64,000 bases of DNA from Octopus vulgaris (taxonomy: Eukaryota), in contig OX597814.1 in assembly GCA_951406725.2 (NCBI GenBank), positions 146,444,001-146,508,000 on the forward strand. The letters run 5' to 3'. Both the position numbers and the translations under genes were made by a program. A model generated the notes under the pieces. It searched no databases, was not told where the DNA came from, and was given only the letters and a program-made list of their open reading frames with translations. Below, one piece after another: positions 41,640-54,600 of this stretch. Each line of letters opens with the position of its first letter. The first letter of the stretch is position 1.

Positions 41640-42950
41640 TACACACAAAGAGCCAGGATTATAGTATACAAAGAACAAAGCCAACATAGACATTGATGCA
41701 AAGGGTATCTGGCCGTTATACAGGAGTAAATCCTGGAACAGCACAGGAAGGAGGAGAAAAACATAGATATGGCTAACTCATGGTATGAAAACAAAAAATA
41801 CCAGTGTATCACGTTTGTAGATGCTACCGACGGCAACGGACTAGCATACCATTTTAGAAAAAAAAACATTAGATAAGGTCAATCTATGGACTAAGGTAGT
41901 AGAAAATACTGGTGCCCCTATGAAATCCCTAATCTGTGGAACTTATCCCTTTGATAAGTCCCAATATACGGAGGACAATTGTGCTGTAAGTATGATGAAT
42001 CCACAAGTTAAATGTCAGTTTATGAATACACTGTATAGCTTACGCTGTACTGAGCGACGGTACAGAAACATAACAACTACTTACATTTCAGAGAAAGCAA
42101 GCAGGATAGGAGAGCGTATAAATGATTACGGCTGAGAGCTCAAAGAACAGAACGGCTCGACAGTGCTATGCCAACAACCTCGAGCAGAACATAGAGGCCC
42201 AGTCAATAGTATAGAGGTCAAAGTATTATCAATGCATACAACTGACACGATCCTTAGATCAGAGAGGCTACACACACAGTAATAGACAGACCCTCAACGG
42301 AAAACACGAATGGAACAATGACACCCACCATGACACCACACAGCATGACGACTAGAAACAGTAGGGATAAAAGAAAACCCAGATACATATAGTATATAAT
42401 ACACATACAATAGACATATACGCACATCCCTATGATAAATATAAAAAAAATTAGTGACAAAATTTAACTGTGTAAAGGACACGGATAAACAATATAGGAA
42501 GCAAGCACATATACACTCACGAACATATATACGGTAACTTTTCAGTCGACCGCAACAATATCAACAACACGACTAACAACAAAAATCATGATGGGAAACA
42601 CACAAGCACAGTGAGTTGCAAGAATGGTACAAAATTTCGGGTTGAAGGCAGCAGTAGGGGTACGAGACGGGGTACGGGACGGGGATTGGAGGAAGGGTCA
42701 TAGTGCTCCTCAAACACACGTACACATACAAACGCAGACGCATGAGCATATAAGGATACACATCATTGAAGAACAGAAAGGAATAAGCAGAGCAAGAGCA
42801 CACACGAAGACGGAGAGTGTCGCTGAGATCACAGCTGTGTGACGAAAGATTTCCGAGCAATGACTATGAGATACAATAGAGGCAAATGAAAAACGAATAC
42901 ATTGTGCATCTGTTTATTTGGCAAAAACATGACGATCCCAAAATATAACA

Positions 42951-42955
<5 letters not shown>
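41640..42955 (+). mobile_element. Penelope-like 3' remnant (RT C-terminal region, GIY-YIG, pseudo-LTR with hammerhead motif)
   Basis: FVDATDGNGLA..KVVENTGAPMKSLI..NTLYSLRC..YISEKASRIGERINDY. It is homologous to 24148-24440; HHR-like motif at 42819-42856. Confidence 0.75.
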
Positions 42956-42995
<40 letters not shown>

Positions 42996-43574
42996 CATAC
43001 ATACATACATACATACACACATACATACATACATACATACATACATACATACATACATACATACATACATACTTACGTATTTAATAAAATATAATAAATA
43101 TCAAGTTTAAAATGAATAAGTAATTGAAATAGGTACTACAGTATGCGATTTCATCTACTGGATACGAATATGGCATTCTGAAGAGGTGAGATGTCTCTCT
43201 GTTAGAATTTTATAGAGTGAAGTGAATCACCATCGCTTAACGATGAGAAATCATTTGTGATATCTGTAGCATTGTGTACTCCTGAATTAACATTTGGGAA
43301 TTTCAGCAATAGAAATAGAAGTCGACTCGTAGGCCCTTAACACTATTTCAAAGCCGGCCAGACACAATTTTCAACAAGAATGCTTCGTTGAAAATGATAG
43401 ATAAAATCACCCCTACGATAATGCTTATTATTACTGTCTACCAAATGTCATGTACAAACGCCCTCGCTCAACCTGAGAATATTCACGAGATAAGCTTCGC
43501 CAACACCTGGTTGATAGTGTCATCTATATTTGTGGAAGCCAAATTCCTGACCATTCGATCATACAATGCGTATT

Positions 43575-43656
<82 letters not shown>

Positions 43657-46425
43657 GTGCTCTAAGGAACGAAGGTGTTGGAGCCGCGAGAGAGGCCCGG
43701 GTGGCAGAGGCGCAACAGGGCAACAAAGCCACCATTCGGTCACTGGTAGATGAACAGGGGCGCGAATTGCTCGAGCCAAGTAAAATGTGCGAAGCCTTTC
43801 AGCAGCATTTTGCCCGACTGTTCGGAACGAGTGGAGGGCAAGAACGTAGGGTGGACTTCAGTGCCTACCTACATAGCCTACCACGACTCTCGACAAGAAA
43901 GGCAGGGTGCTGCGAAGGTGCCATCACGGCGGCGGAAGTGCGGGAAGCGATGGCAGAATGCTCGAGGGACAAATCACCGGGTTTGGATGGTCTACCCTAC
44001 GAGCTTTACAATTGTATGCCAGACTTGTTTGAAGATCTCTTGGCGGCGGTGTACTGCAACTGGCAGCAAAACGGGAGCATTCCTGGTTTTGTGAGCCGAG
44101 GAGCCGTAACACTGCTGAAGAAAGATCTAAACAAGGGAAATGTAATAGATAACTTTAGGCCCATCACTCTGCTTAATGCAGACTTGAAAATTTTGGCCAA
44201 GGTGCTAGCCAAGAGGTTGGCGCTTGTCATCGAGAAACTGATCGACAAGGCGCAAACATGCGCCGTGCCAGGCCGGACCATCCATGACAACCTCCATCTG
44301 ATGCGCTACATCATAGACAGGGTAGTTAACGAACCTGGCATGGGTGGGGCCCTGATCAACTTGGATCAATCGAAAGCCTTTGATAGGGTAGACCATCGAT
44401 ACTTGGGGGCAGTCCTGAGAGCGGCTGGTTTCGGTCCCGTTTTCCGCGGCTGGATAGCTGCCTTGTACAGAGGCATCCGTTCGGTAATTCGCGTAAATGG
44501 ACATCTATCGAGACCTTTCGACATTGCACGTTCGGTCCGTCAGGGATGCCCCCTCTCGGCGCTTCTATACGTATTGACTCTTGAGCCACTACTGCGGAAG
44601 CTGGCGACTCTAAGGGGCATCCCGCGAGAATTGGGATGCGGGACGAGCGTGTCTGCATACGCGGACGACGTCACCGTCATAGTGTCTAGCCACGAGCACA
44701 TCGAGCTGGTCGGCGAGACACTGAAAAACTACGAAGCGGTGACAGGAGCGAAAATCAACCGGGAAAAGTCAGTGGGCTTGCGACTAGGCACCTGGAGAAG
44801 CAAGCCCATGCCGTCCACCAGCGCCTCTGTCGTGGGACGCTGGACCGACGGCCCGGTTGAGTTGCTCGGGGTCTGGTTTGGTCCGGACCTCCAAGTGGAG
44901 AAGAACTGGAACGAGATAACGAGTAGGGTGGTCACTCTCGCCCGGCAATGGGCCGAGAGGAAACTGTCCCTAAAAGGTCGAGCGGAGGTGGCGAACACGT
45001 ACATCGCGTCCGTCATCTACTACCGCCTGACCGTCGTACCTTGTCCCGACCCTACCATCACCAAACTACAACGCATCCTCTTTCGCTTCTTGTGGTAAGG
45101 ATGCGTCCCGATGGTCAGGCGATCCATTTGCTGTCAACACCCGTTAAAAGGAGGGCTAGGCATGCCGTGGTTGATGATGCGCAGACACGCGCTGAGACTG
45201 CGACATCTCTGGCTCTATGTAGACAACGGTGAACAGGTGTGGTCGCCGTTTGTGAGGCACGCTTTCCCGCAGCTCGTCTCCATGACCGAACTGCAGTCGT
45301 GGATCAAAAAGAGGCCGAGGAAGGGCGAATGGCACCGCGAGTGTCGCGTTGCTCTCAAGCAACTCTGCCGTCCTGGGTCGACCTTAAGTGACTTCAACAC
45401 AACCAAAGCATTCTATAAGGGTTTAGTGGAGGGGAGGTACGACGACGAGCTCGGGGCGAACCTGGACGTCGACGAGGAGTACCTGACCCGCCTGTTCAGG
45501 ACGACTTTCGGGCCAGGGCCCATGGACAACTTCCAGAGATCCCTGGCCTGGCAGTGCTACCGAGAAGCGCTACCCGTTCGGGATAAGCTCTACAGACACG
45601 GCTCGAGAAACACGGGGCCGACCTTCCCGAGATGCGGTCAGAGCGACGAAACCGTTCTGCACGCACTCGTTCAGTGTCCAACAATTTCCGACCTGTGGGC
45701 TTATGTCGAACAACTGCTGTCACGTGTGGGACGAGTCGGTTTATCAGCTGAGTCTATCGTCAATATTGTCACGCCTCCTTCCTTCAAACGGGAAGGAAGA
45801 GCTATTTTCATCATCCTTGTGGCTATGGCGAAGGAATGTATCTGGTGGACGCGTCTGAAAGGATTGGAGACAAACACTTTCCTCTCTGGTCAATCTCTCA
45901 TCAACTTCTTCAAGTACCACTTGAAAAGGAAAGTGAGAGTAGAGAGGCAAGTTTTGTCTAGCGAATGTTTTAAAAAAAGATGGGTGAATGTAGCAAGAAT
46001 GGCACGTATGAATGACGAAGCCACCTTGAGCATAGTCCTATGAACCCAGAAATCGAAAACAGAGAGTTGCTTATTTGCAAAAAAAAAAAAAAAAAAAGAA
46101 ATATAAAATGTGACTTCATTGACCGAGGTTACCGTGGTCTTTTCCGTAGGCTTTTCTTTCCACGGGTAAACCTCACCTGTCCTCCCCTTTACACTTCATA
46201 TTGACATTTCTGTGATAACGATCCCTATTGATCAATTTTTTTTTCCTCTCCCCTTTTTTTTTAACCCCCTTTTTTTTGTCCTCTTTCTCTCCTTTTACGA
46301 TCCCTTTTGATCGAAACTCCCCCTTCCTTTTTTTTTTTTTTTTTTTTTTTAAACCTTCAAAAGAAAAGCTCTACCTTGTAATTTGTTCTATCTGTGTGCA
46401 GCCCTGTGTGGCTAATAAAGAAACA
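43657..46425 (+). mobile_element. Tx1/L1-clade LINE, 5'-truncated, young, inserted in (TCTA)n
   Basis: KSPGLDGLPYELY, NFRPITLLNADLKILAKVLAKRL, LDQSKAFDRVDH, SVRQGCPLS, AYADDV and a C-terminal zinc knuckle PRCGQSDETVLHALVQC. ORFs 43566-45098 and 45111-46043 are in frame, separated by one TAA. AATAAA at 46414; (TATC)n on both flanks. Confidence 0.95.
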
Positions 46426-46460
<35 letters not shown>

Positions 46461-47099
46461 TGACTCAACTATCTATTCCTCTTCCTACCTACCGACTTTC
46501 CTACCTACCTACCTACCTACCTACCTACCTATCTATCTATCTATCGATTGATCTATCCATCTATCTACATATCAGTCTATCTTAGTTACATCGACGACCA
46601 TTGCAACGTGTATTAATTAAAACTTTACTCCGGACAGAAGTGATATACAAGTTGACTAACCAAATATAGCACACAAAATTATCAGGAGAACGTGTGGAAT
46701 TATATTTCAAGCTTAAAACATTCAACATCCCCTGGTTAATTAATACGAGACTTAAATAGAACAAGAACAAAATTTAAGTAAGATATATATAATAATCACA
46801 GTACTTGTAAGTTGTAGAAATTGTAGAGCATAGCACACTCTCTAGCACCGACTAAAACAAACACAAGCTTGTACACACGCACACACACACATGCACATGC
46901 AAAACACAGGACATGTTATATGCACGGATACATGTGTGTATGGATGTTGGTTTGTCTCTAACTCTGTCTGTCTCTCTTTCTTTCGATATATATATATATA
47001 TATATATATATAAATGTATTTATGTATATTTATATACTTACATATTCGCCTACACATGTATAAATACATATATATATATATACTTACTTCTCTATACAC

Positions 47100-47162
<63 letters not shown>

Positions 47163-47169
47163 TATATAC

Positions 47170-47990
47170 ACATCAAATGCCCAAATTGTGAAGAAATATA
47201 TGTAGGTCAGACGGGAAACGCACTATTAGAACGCTCACGTGTACACCGGCAACAGATTAGAGACCCAGAGGTCCGTCAGATACCTTTGAGTAACCACCTA
47301 GCAACATGTGGTCGGAAAATATATATAATATTTCCATTCTACAAATTACACAGCCCAAGTGAAATCGAGAGGAAAATCAGAGAAAAGAATTTTATTGATA
47401 AATTCGAACCCAAGCTAAATAAGCAATAATAATAATACTTAGAGGTATTACTTCCACTGCTACGACCATGACCACTAACAACAACAACAATACTAAAGGT
47501 GATCAAGACGAAGATAGCAGGAAAATTATCTTATTTAGGGTTAAAAGTTCTATTGCCACCACCATCACCACTAGCAACAATAATTAAGGTGCTGACAATG
47601 ATGATGATGACAATTGAAATATAAAAATATAAAAATCTCTGACAAAGGATATTTACAACATTTCTAAAAATAACCCAACAATTGCTGCTTCGGCCAGGGT
47701 CAAGATACAGGACTCTTGACCTGTCCAACAAAGCGTGATGCCTAAACCAATCAGCTCAACCAACCAATCAGCTTAAGTAATTGAGTGATACTACACACTG
47801 ATTGGTCAGAATACAGTTTGCAAAACCTAGCACTCTGGAGCCTAACCAGCTGTATTTATAGCACAGAATCACTCATCTTGCTACAGTCAAAAATTGTGAA
47901 GCATGACTGTCAACACTACTACATGAACCCGAAGATTGCAGAATTCAATGCATGAAAGTACTAGTTCAATCAGAATGAATATTTAACATT
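47170..47990 (+). mobile_element. Penelope-like 3' remnant (GIY-YIG + pseudo-LTR with hammerhead motif)
   Basis: [60 protein letters not shown]-type motifs at ~47748-47805; HHR motif at 47924-47968. Confidence 0.88.
47924..47968 (+). ncRNA. Minimal type-I hammerhead motif (U4 to C substitution)
   Basis: TGAAC-CCGAAGA-tTGCAgaattcaaTGCAt-GAAA-GTAC-TA-GTTCA; 5-bp stem I and palindromic stem III AGTACT. Confidence 0.6.
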
Positions 47991-48145
47991 CTACTATTTC
48001 ATTTTATTTTATTCAATTATAATATATTATCTTATAATATATCATTATAAGATTGTAAATAAAACGTGAAAATCAGACAAGGTTGGAATTCTTTTTATTA
48101 ATATATTCTTCTATACACAATCACACACACCCATATATATATATA

Positions 48146-48181
<36 letters not shown>

Positions 48182-48806
48182 TGTGTGTGTACTACTCCAG
48201 AGAGAGGAACAGAGAGGGCGAGACAGATAGATAGTAACAGAGAGAAAGAGAGAGAGAGAGAGAGAGTTATTCAGAAATCGCAAGGAGACAAAATCACAAC
48301 AGACATTTTCTAATTTGGATCTGTAGTATTATTTCCTTCACGATTACAATCTATACTTGCAGATTGTAACTAATGAGATATTAATTGGAAGCGAATATAT
48401 GTAACCCACTTCTTATTGAAATTGTCTGGAGAAGGCGTTTCGCGTCATTATCACAAATATCGGTTTCCAAAAAGCCATATTTTCCTTAATACTGCATCGT
48501 AACTAATTCGTTCATTAGTTTCAATTTACTGAAGTTGATTTATAAATATTTTATATTTTGATATCGCGATGTTAATGATTATATGCTGATAAGAGTTTTA
48601 TTCAAATAAACAATGATCAGGCGTCCTAATATATAGATGAAGGACGAAAATGTGCATTCAATGTGATAATAAGAACTAAAGTAAAGATACCTTTTATGTA
48701 ACATTGATAAATTCTTTAGCTATGATTGAAAAAATGATCTATAATTACATGCCTTAGGCACAAGATCTTGAATGAAAATGGCGATTAAACATCAGGTATA
48801 CATGTA

Positions 48807-48848
<42 letters not shown>

Positions 48849-48859
48849 GCACACACACA

Positions 48860-48995
48860 TATTCTCTCTCTGTTTATTCATCGTGTTCCTATCTATTGAA
48901 GAACGTAGGCTCGAAACATAAAAGACTTCCTCACCTTCCCGAGCGTCAAACTAATAAACGTGTAAATACTAATTTGTCTTCTGGGTTTCTGTAAA
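48860..48995 (+). mobile_element. Short non-coding repeat with hammerhead-like motif (copy of 12700-12865)
   Basis: gtgttcctatctattgaagaacgtaggctcgaaacataaaagac...cccgagcgtcaaa. Confidence 0.7.
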
Positions 48996-49012
48996 TTTAT
49001 ATACATATATAT

Positions 49013-49097
<85 letters not shown>

Positions 49098-49622
49098 TTA
49101 TGAGTCGTAATGGTGTCAGTAAGACCCAAAGGTATCAGGTAATACTGAGTAAGTGCAAAGGATAGACTATAGTTAAGCTCCAGGTTCCGTGATTATGCGA
49201 ATAAGGAGTCCAACGTAGGTCACATATCAGCGTGTGCATATATAAAAACAAAATTTCAGAATGAAATAAAAAACCAAGTCTGTGAAGATTTTAGAAGGTA
49301 TTATACCTGTTTCCAAGATATTCATTATATCGCTTCATCGGAGACGGTGTGAGAAAATGGTTAAGCAATAGTTAATTTAGATAAGATACGAAATAGAGAG
49401 TGAAGTGGACGAATGAAAATAGATGTGAGATATGCAGGGACATTGCATTTGTAAATCCATTATTTAGGCACAATGGTATTCATGTAAGATTCCAATATCT
49501 TGTGAGTAAATTCCATTAGTGGAAACAGCAGTAAGACCTATTTATAAATGTTCTAAAATCTTCACAGCCTAGGTTTTTTTATCTCATTGTGAAAAATTTC
49601 TCCCTCTCTCTCTCTCTCTCTT

Positions 49623-49695
<73 letters not shown>

Positions 49696-49699
49696 GTAT

Positions 49700-51190
49700 G
49701 TGCGTGTACTTAGATATTGTTTCGGCTATGTCTAACTTATTAATACTACCTGAGAGGAGTTGTTTAGTTGTTTTTAGACCATGGTATCCCTTGAAGAGAT
49801 CTGTCCAAATTTCGTTTGAAGCTGATGGGTTCTTTTTCTTATTGATTTGTTTTGAGATAATGTTAAATAGAGCAGGGCTTTTGGGTAAAAGAATTGTGTG
49901 GCATTGTTGCAATGAATTTATATGTTTTAAGCCTGAATTGAAAAGGTAGCGCTTGGCATGTAGACATAGACTTGAATCTAATGTTACGGTCTTTTGGGCA
50001 ATGCTGGTAGTATTTTCTTCACATTGTGCAAATAAGAACAACTAAAGTTTCATTGTTTTAAGCCGGTTCCAATAGTTAAGATTAAAAATGCCTTTCACTC
50101 TGTTAATGATTGCTCTCTGAAGTGACTCAATTCTCGTAATATTTTGTCTGTTGTTGGGAAATCAAAAGGGTCAGTAATGTTCTAGACGTGACTGTAGAAA
50201 GGAGGAGGAAGAAAATGGAATGATGATATATTGTCCTCTGTAACAGAACGTTCTGAGGATCCAGGAGGTCATGCATAGAGCCATATCGAATTATTGTTGG
50301 TGTGATCACTTCAGTGGAGATTGTTGTCAACAGTTATTGATATAATTGGATGATGTGAATAGTTCCCCGGGAGTAAAAGAATAGGATTTTTTTTCAGCGC
50401 ATATTTTTTTTCTATTATGAATGGGTTGAAATTGTCACTGATTTAACCACCTGTTTTTTTTTATGCCACTTGAATTCACTTCTATCTTCTGTATTGATAA
50501 TTTTCTGGAACTCGGATCATCTTCGAATATTCTTATTTTGCTTTGGTTGATGACACTTGAGATGTCATTTATATAGACTATAAAGAGAATAAAGACCCTT
50601 CTGGGGAATACCACTGGTGACTTTCACTGGGCTTGTGCGAAATCATCTGAACCGGACAGGTTCTGTTCTGTTCATCAAGAAAGGTTAAATCCAATGCAGG
50701 ACCTTACCGCGCATTTCAATCTAGGACAATTTTTACAGGTGGCTGACCTTATCGAACGCTTTGGTGAAATCAAGATACATGGTATCAGAATTCTAATCTG
50801 ATCCCAAAGCTTTAAGGACAGCTCTAATAGGATGTAAAACCTGTATTATGCAGTCCTTGCGGCAGAGAAAGCCATACTTGTTGGAATTTAATAGATTATG
50901 ACTCTCCATAAAGCCAGTTATCCTTAATCTCACTACACTATCAAACATATCCATGATATTATAGGTGAATGAAATTGGGTAATATTTAAAAGTAAGATAC
51001 CTTATTTCATTTTTAAAGATCTGGATGACAGATTGGGATGAGTACTGTTTCTCCAGAGATTGTGTATAGAGTTTTTGCCTGCATTCCTTCTGGAACCTAT
51101 TAGTACCTGCTGCAGAATAGTACTTGATTTCATTTATGTCTGAGGCAGTAATGTCAGAGATAATTCAAAGCCCGAGTCCATTTAAATAGT
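49700..51190 (-). mobile_element. CR1-type LINE, 5'-truncated and degenerate (RT through 3' end)
   Basis: Minus strand MYLDFTKAFDKVSH, SGIPQ, YINDISS..IRIF(E)DD, VDNNL..SDH, SRLEHY, RIESLQR and KSPALFNIISKQI. Confidence 0.85.
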
Positions 51191-51587
51191 ATCTTGCTTA
51201 TCGTCGCATTGTGTCTCTCGATATACACAAGAGCCATCGCATTCTCACCATCATTTTAGATCTATGTACACATATAGTACGAGCAAATAATGAACTAATA
51301 TATTAATCATTTGATTTAATTTCTTAACTATTGTGACGTTGCCAAATTTAACTGTCCCTCATACAACCGTTTTAAAACATCAAATAAAATATATCGAGTG
51401 CAATCCCTTCGCCGTTAATTTTCGCATAGCCGCCTTTAGTTCCAAGTTCCACTTAATCGTTTCATTCTAGACGACTGGAATAGTAGGTATCTCTAATTTC
51501 TTTATATCTTACTTCTTTGCCATTTTCATTCTTACATATTTAAGAATAAGAACACAAATTTGTTTGCTCTCACAAAACAGTTCCTAC

Positions 51588-51666
51588 CTGGTGCTATTTG
51601 TTGCGACATATTTCTGCGCCATAAATGCTTATCACCAGCGGCGTTAGGTATGCCTGTTTCAAGATG
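51588..51666 (-). other. Candidate 79-nt exon (HLETGIPNAAGDKHLWRRNMSQQIAP in phase 0)
   Basis: ttttctatctaccttctatAAG|catctt...gcaccag|GTagga; open frame in unique DNA; no recognisable domain. Confidence 0.2.
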
Positions 51667-54600
51667 CTTATAGAAGGTAGATAGAAAATGTAATAACAGG
51701 CAAGTAGGTAGAGCATTTAATAACAAGGGAGAAGAAATTTTGAAATTAAGTCTCCGTCTGTGAACGAACTCGTGTTTTACATGTGTGCGGATGTGCTCTA
51801 CAAAACATAATAAAACAAAAAATGAAACAAAAGAAGAAATGGTCAGAAAAAGCATGGAAAGATCAATAGTGACCCCGTATAGAATGCAATACTTGCTCTT
51901 TCTTAGAGCAAAGCTACAATGATTCTTCTCAAAACAATAAATAAAAGAACAAAGAATTCAAGGAATTAAATTTTATGTTTTCAGAGAATGAAACGGAGAC
52001 CCAAGAGATACAATCTTGAGCAAGTTTTTCAAAGGATACAATTTGAATCTAGAAATTAATGAGACCAAGTTCGAAGGTATATGACATTCGGTGGATGTGT
52101 TGTTAGGAAAAATACCAGAATGTATTCTATTTGCATTCCAAAATATTTTAATCGAAACAAAGATATCCATCCTGAATTCGCTGCTTTGTTACGTACCCAA
52201 AACGATGCACATTTGCGTGAAGTATCAGTAAAACCGGAAGTCCAGAAACGAACCTTATTTCAAATCGAGATGTTTGCAGCATCTGCATTTTGATTATTGG
52301 TCTCTAGTTTTCTATTGATAAAACAAATATGTTTAACCATGTACGTGTTGTACAGATCATATATAAGATAACATACAACCGTTTTGTTTTAAAATTACGC
52401 AACGCTTCTGATATTGGCTACTTGAACTTTCCATGTTTTGTTGAAATAATAGAATGTCTTTAAAATTTACAAGAGACGTACGTTCGAGTCCTTTCGTTAA
52501 AATTCGACCTTTTCTTTCCAAAAGGTCTTTTAACTAAATATTCATACACGTTCATTTATACGTTGGATTTTCACCCTCCCAGAAATAGGATATATGTATG
52601 GTAGTCGATGTGTGTATGCATATCTTGCATTTAATACTGTACTAGATTAAAATTTTGCTTCCATATTTCCTCAGGCAATATTGGCAGGTATCTTGTTAAC
52701 GTCAGTAAAACAGAAACATAATGGTAAATTTTTTAACATTGTATCTGCCAACTCATGTTTTGTACATCTAACAATACATAGTCTGCTGTTTCCCCTCATA
52801 ATTAAATGATAGTTTCATATGATTTGACGGAGATCTTACAGAAAATCACCTGCTTGCAAGATGTGACGTCGTTTTGAATTTGATGACGCTTTCGGTGATA
52901 TTATGTGTAACTTGTAACTTATCATTAAGTGATGGAATAGTTGTGAATGGTATTTAACAACCTGTCTTAAATATTTAATGTTTGCACTTCAATTTTTTTA
53001 ATATTTAACAGATTGCTGTTTTCTTCCGGTAAGCTCTTAGTTTCATTTGTGGTTATATAAGAGCTGATCATAATATTCGATTGCGTTATAAACCTGAATT
53101 CCGTCTTTGACCTAGATTTGCAAGGAATTTGGATTCGAAGTGTGCATTCGATTTATGGATATTATTCAGTACATTTTCATTTATCATGTCGGTTGTTGCA
53201 ATTAAAATTACAGATTTTAAAAGCAGGGTAACCCGCGAAGAAAGTAATGTTGTCAGTGCTATGTGTATATCATATCATATCATATATATATATATATATA
53301 ATATTTTTTCTACATTGTTATGTTAATTCTTTTGAATTCCTTATTCTTGAAATGAACTTTTCAGATTCCGAATTTGTAGCAATGAAAAACAACATGCATT
53401 TACTTCTCGAATCGAATATATTTCAGTAAATAAAATATTACTTGGTATGGTATGTATCATATCCTTCTCACATTCATTCTGACTTAACATTCATTCTTGA
53501 TATTATCTAGTTGCATGTCTGTAATTTGCTTTATCTTTCTTTCTATAATGCATTAACATACTTAATATCTTTCTCCCTCCCTGTTTCTCCGTACCGATGT
53601 CCATATTAGTTTTAGAAAAACTCATTTTCGTATCTACTTTTGTTGTTGCGTTACCAAGAAATTTCTTTCATATAACAAGTAACAATTAGAATTGCTTTTT
53701 CTGTTGCATTTTTATCGAAATTAGATATTCTGTTCATGTGATAATTAAGCCTGGAAGATTAATGATAGGTAATTTGTTTATTAAGGAAATGATAATTGAA
53801 TAGCACGGACTATCGCATATTTCCATACGTTATACGTGACACCGTTTAATGTATTCAAATTGAAACAATGTTTCAGAAACCTCTGGTGAAAATGAGAGTA
53901 GAGCAGTGAAAATGATGGATCTGAAATTAGCGCACACAGATATAAACAAAACAATATATAAACAAACGAGAAGAAAATCAAATGTGTGACGATTGCGAAA
54001 AGAACAGCTATTTGCAAATAGAAAGAAACGTGTGAATGACTTGGTTTTAAAACACTTTTCATTGCGGGTTTTAAACTGTTGAACAACATTGTTTGATTAG
54101 GTAGTTTAGCGTCAGGGTTACATTTAATTTTAATTGCAAAGTCATACTCGTCACCACCAAAGATATACAGATGATAAATTCTTGTTGTTGCTTAAAGACT
54201 ACTTGAAAGTAGACAATTTTATTACCTTCAGTAATCGGATATCAATTATTCTGATGAAATATCTTCCGCAGACATTTGGCCTTCAAGTGAATAATCAATA
54301 AACTCTAATAGCTTTTTTTTTAACATTTGACAACTTTTACTTCTTAAACAAAATATATCCACCTCAGACGTAGAAATGTCATCGATTTATGACATCGATT
54401 AAAAGAACTCTATTATGTTTCCTGTAACCATATAAATTTAAATACGGTTTTGTTTAAAAGAAAATGATTGCATCTCTTACGTCGTTTTCATCTTGGAGCG
54501 GTTAGTTGCTCTTTTTATTTGAGTATAATTCAAGTCAGCATCTATATACCCGACTAGATCAAAACTTATAAAATACTAAATAAAATGACAGTGATTGATA

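Noticed and set aside
43750-45950. Many overlapping or antisense ORFs inside the Tx1 element
   Set aside because: By-products of GC-rich coding sequence.
51985-52076. Plus-strand 92-nt segment with ttttcAG and GTatat boundaries
   Set aside because: Stops in all three frames.
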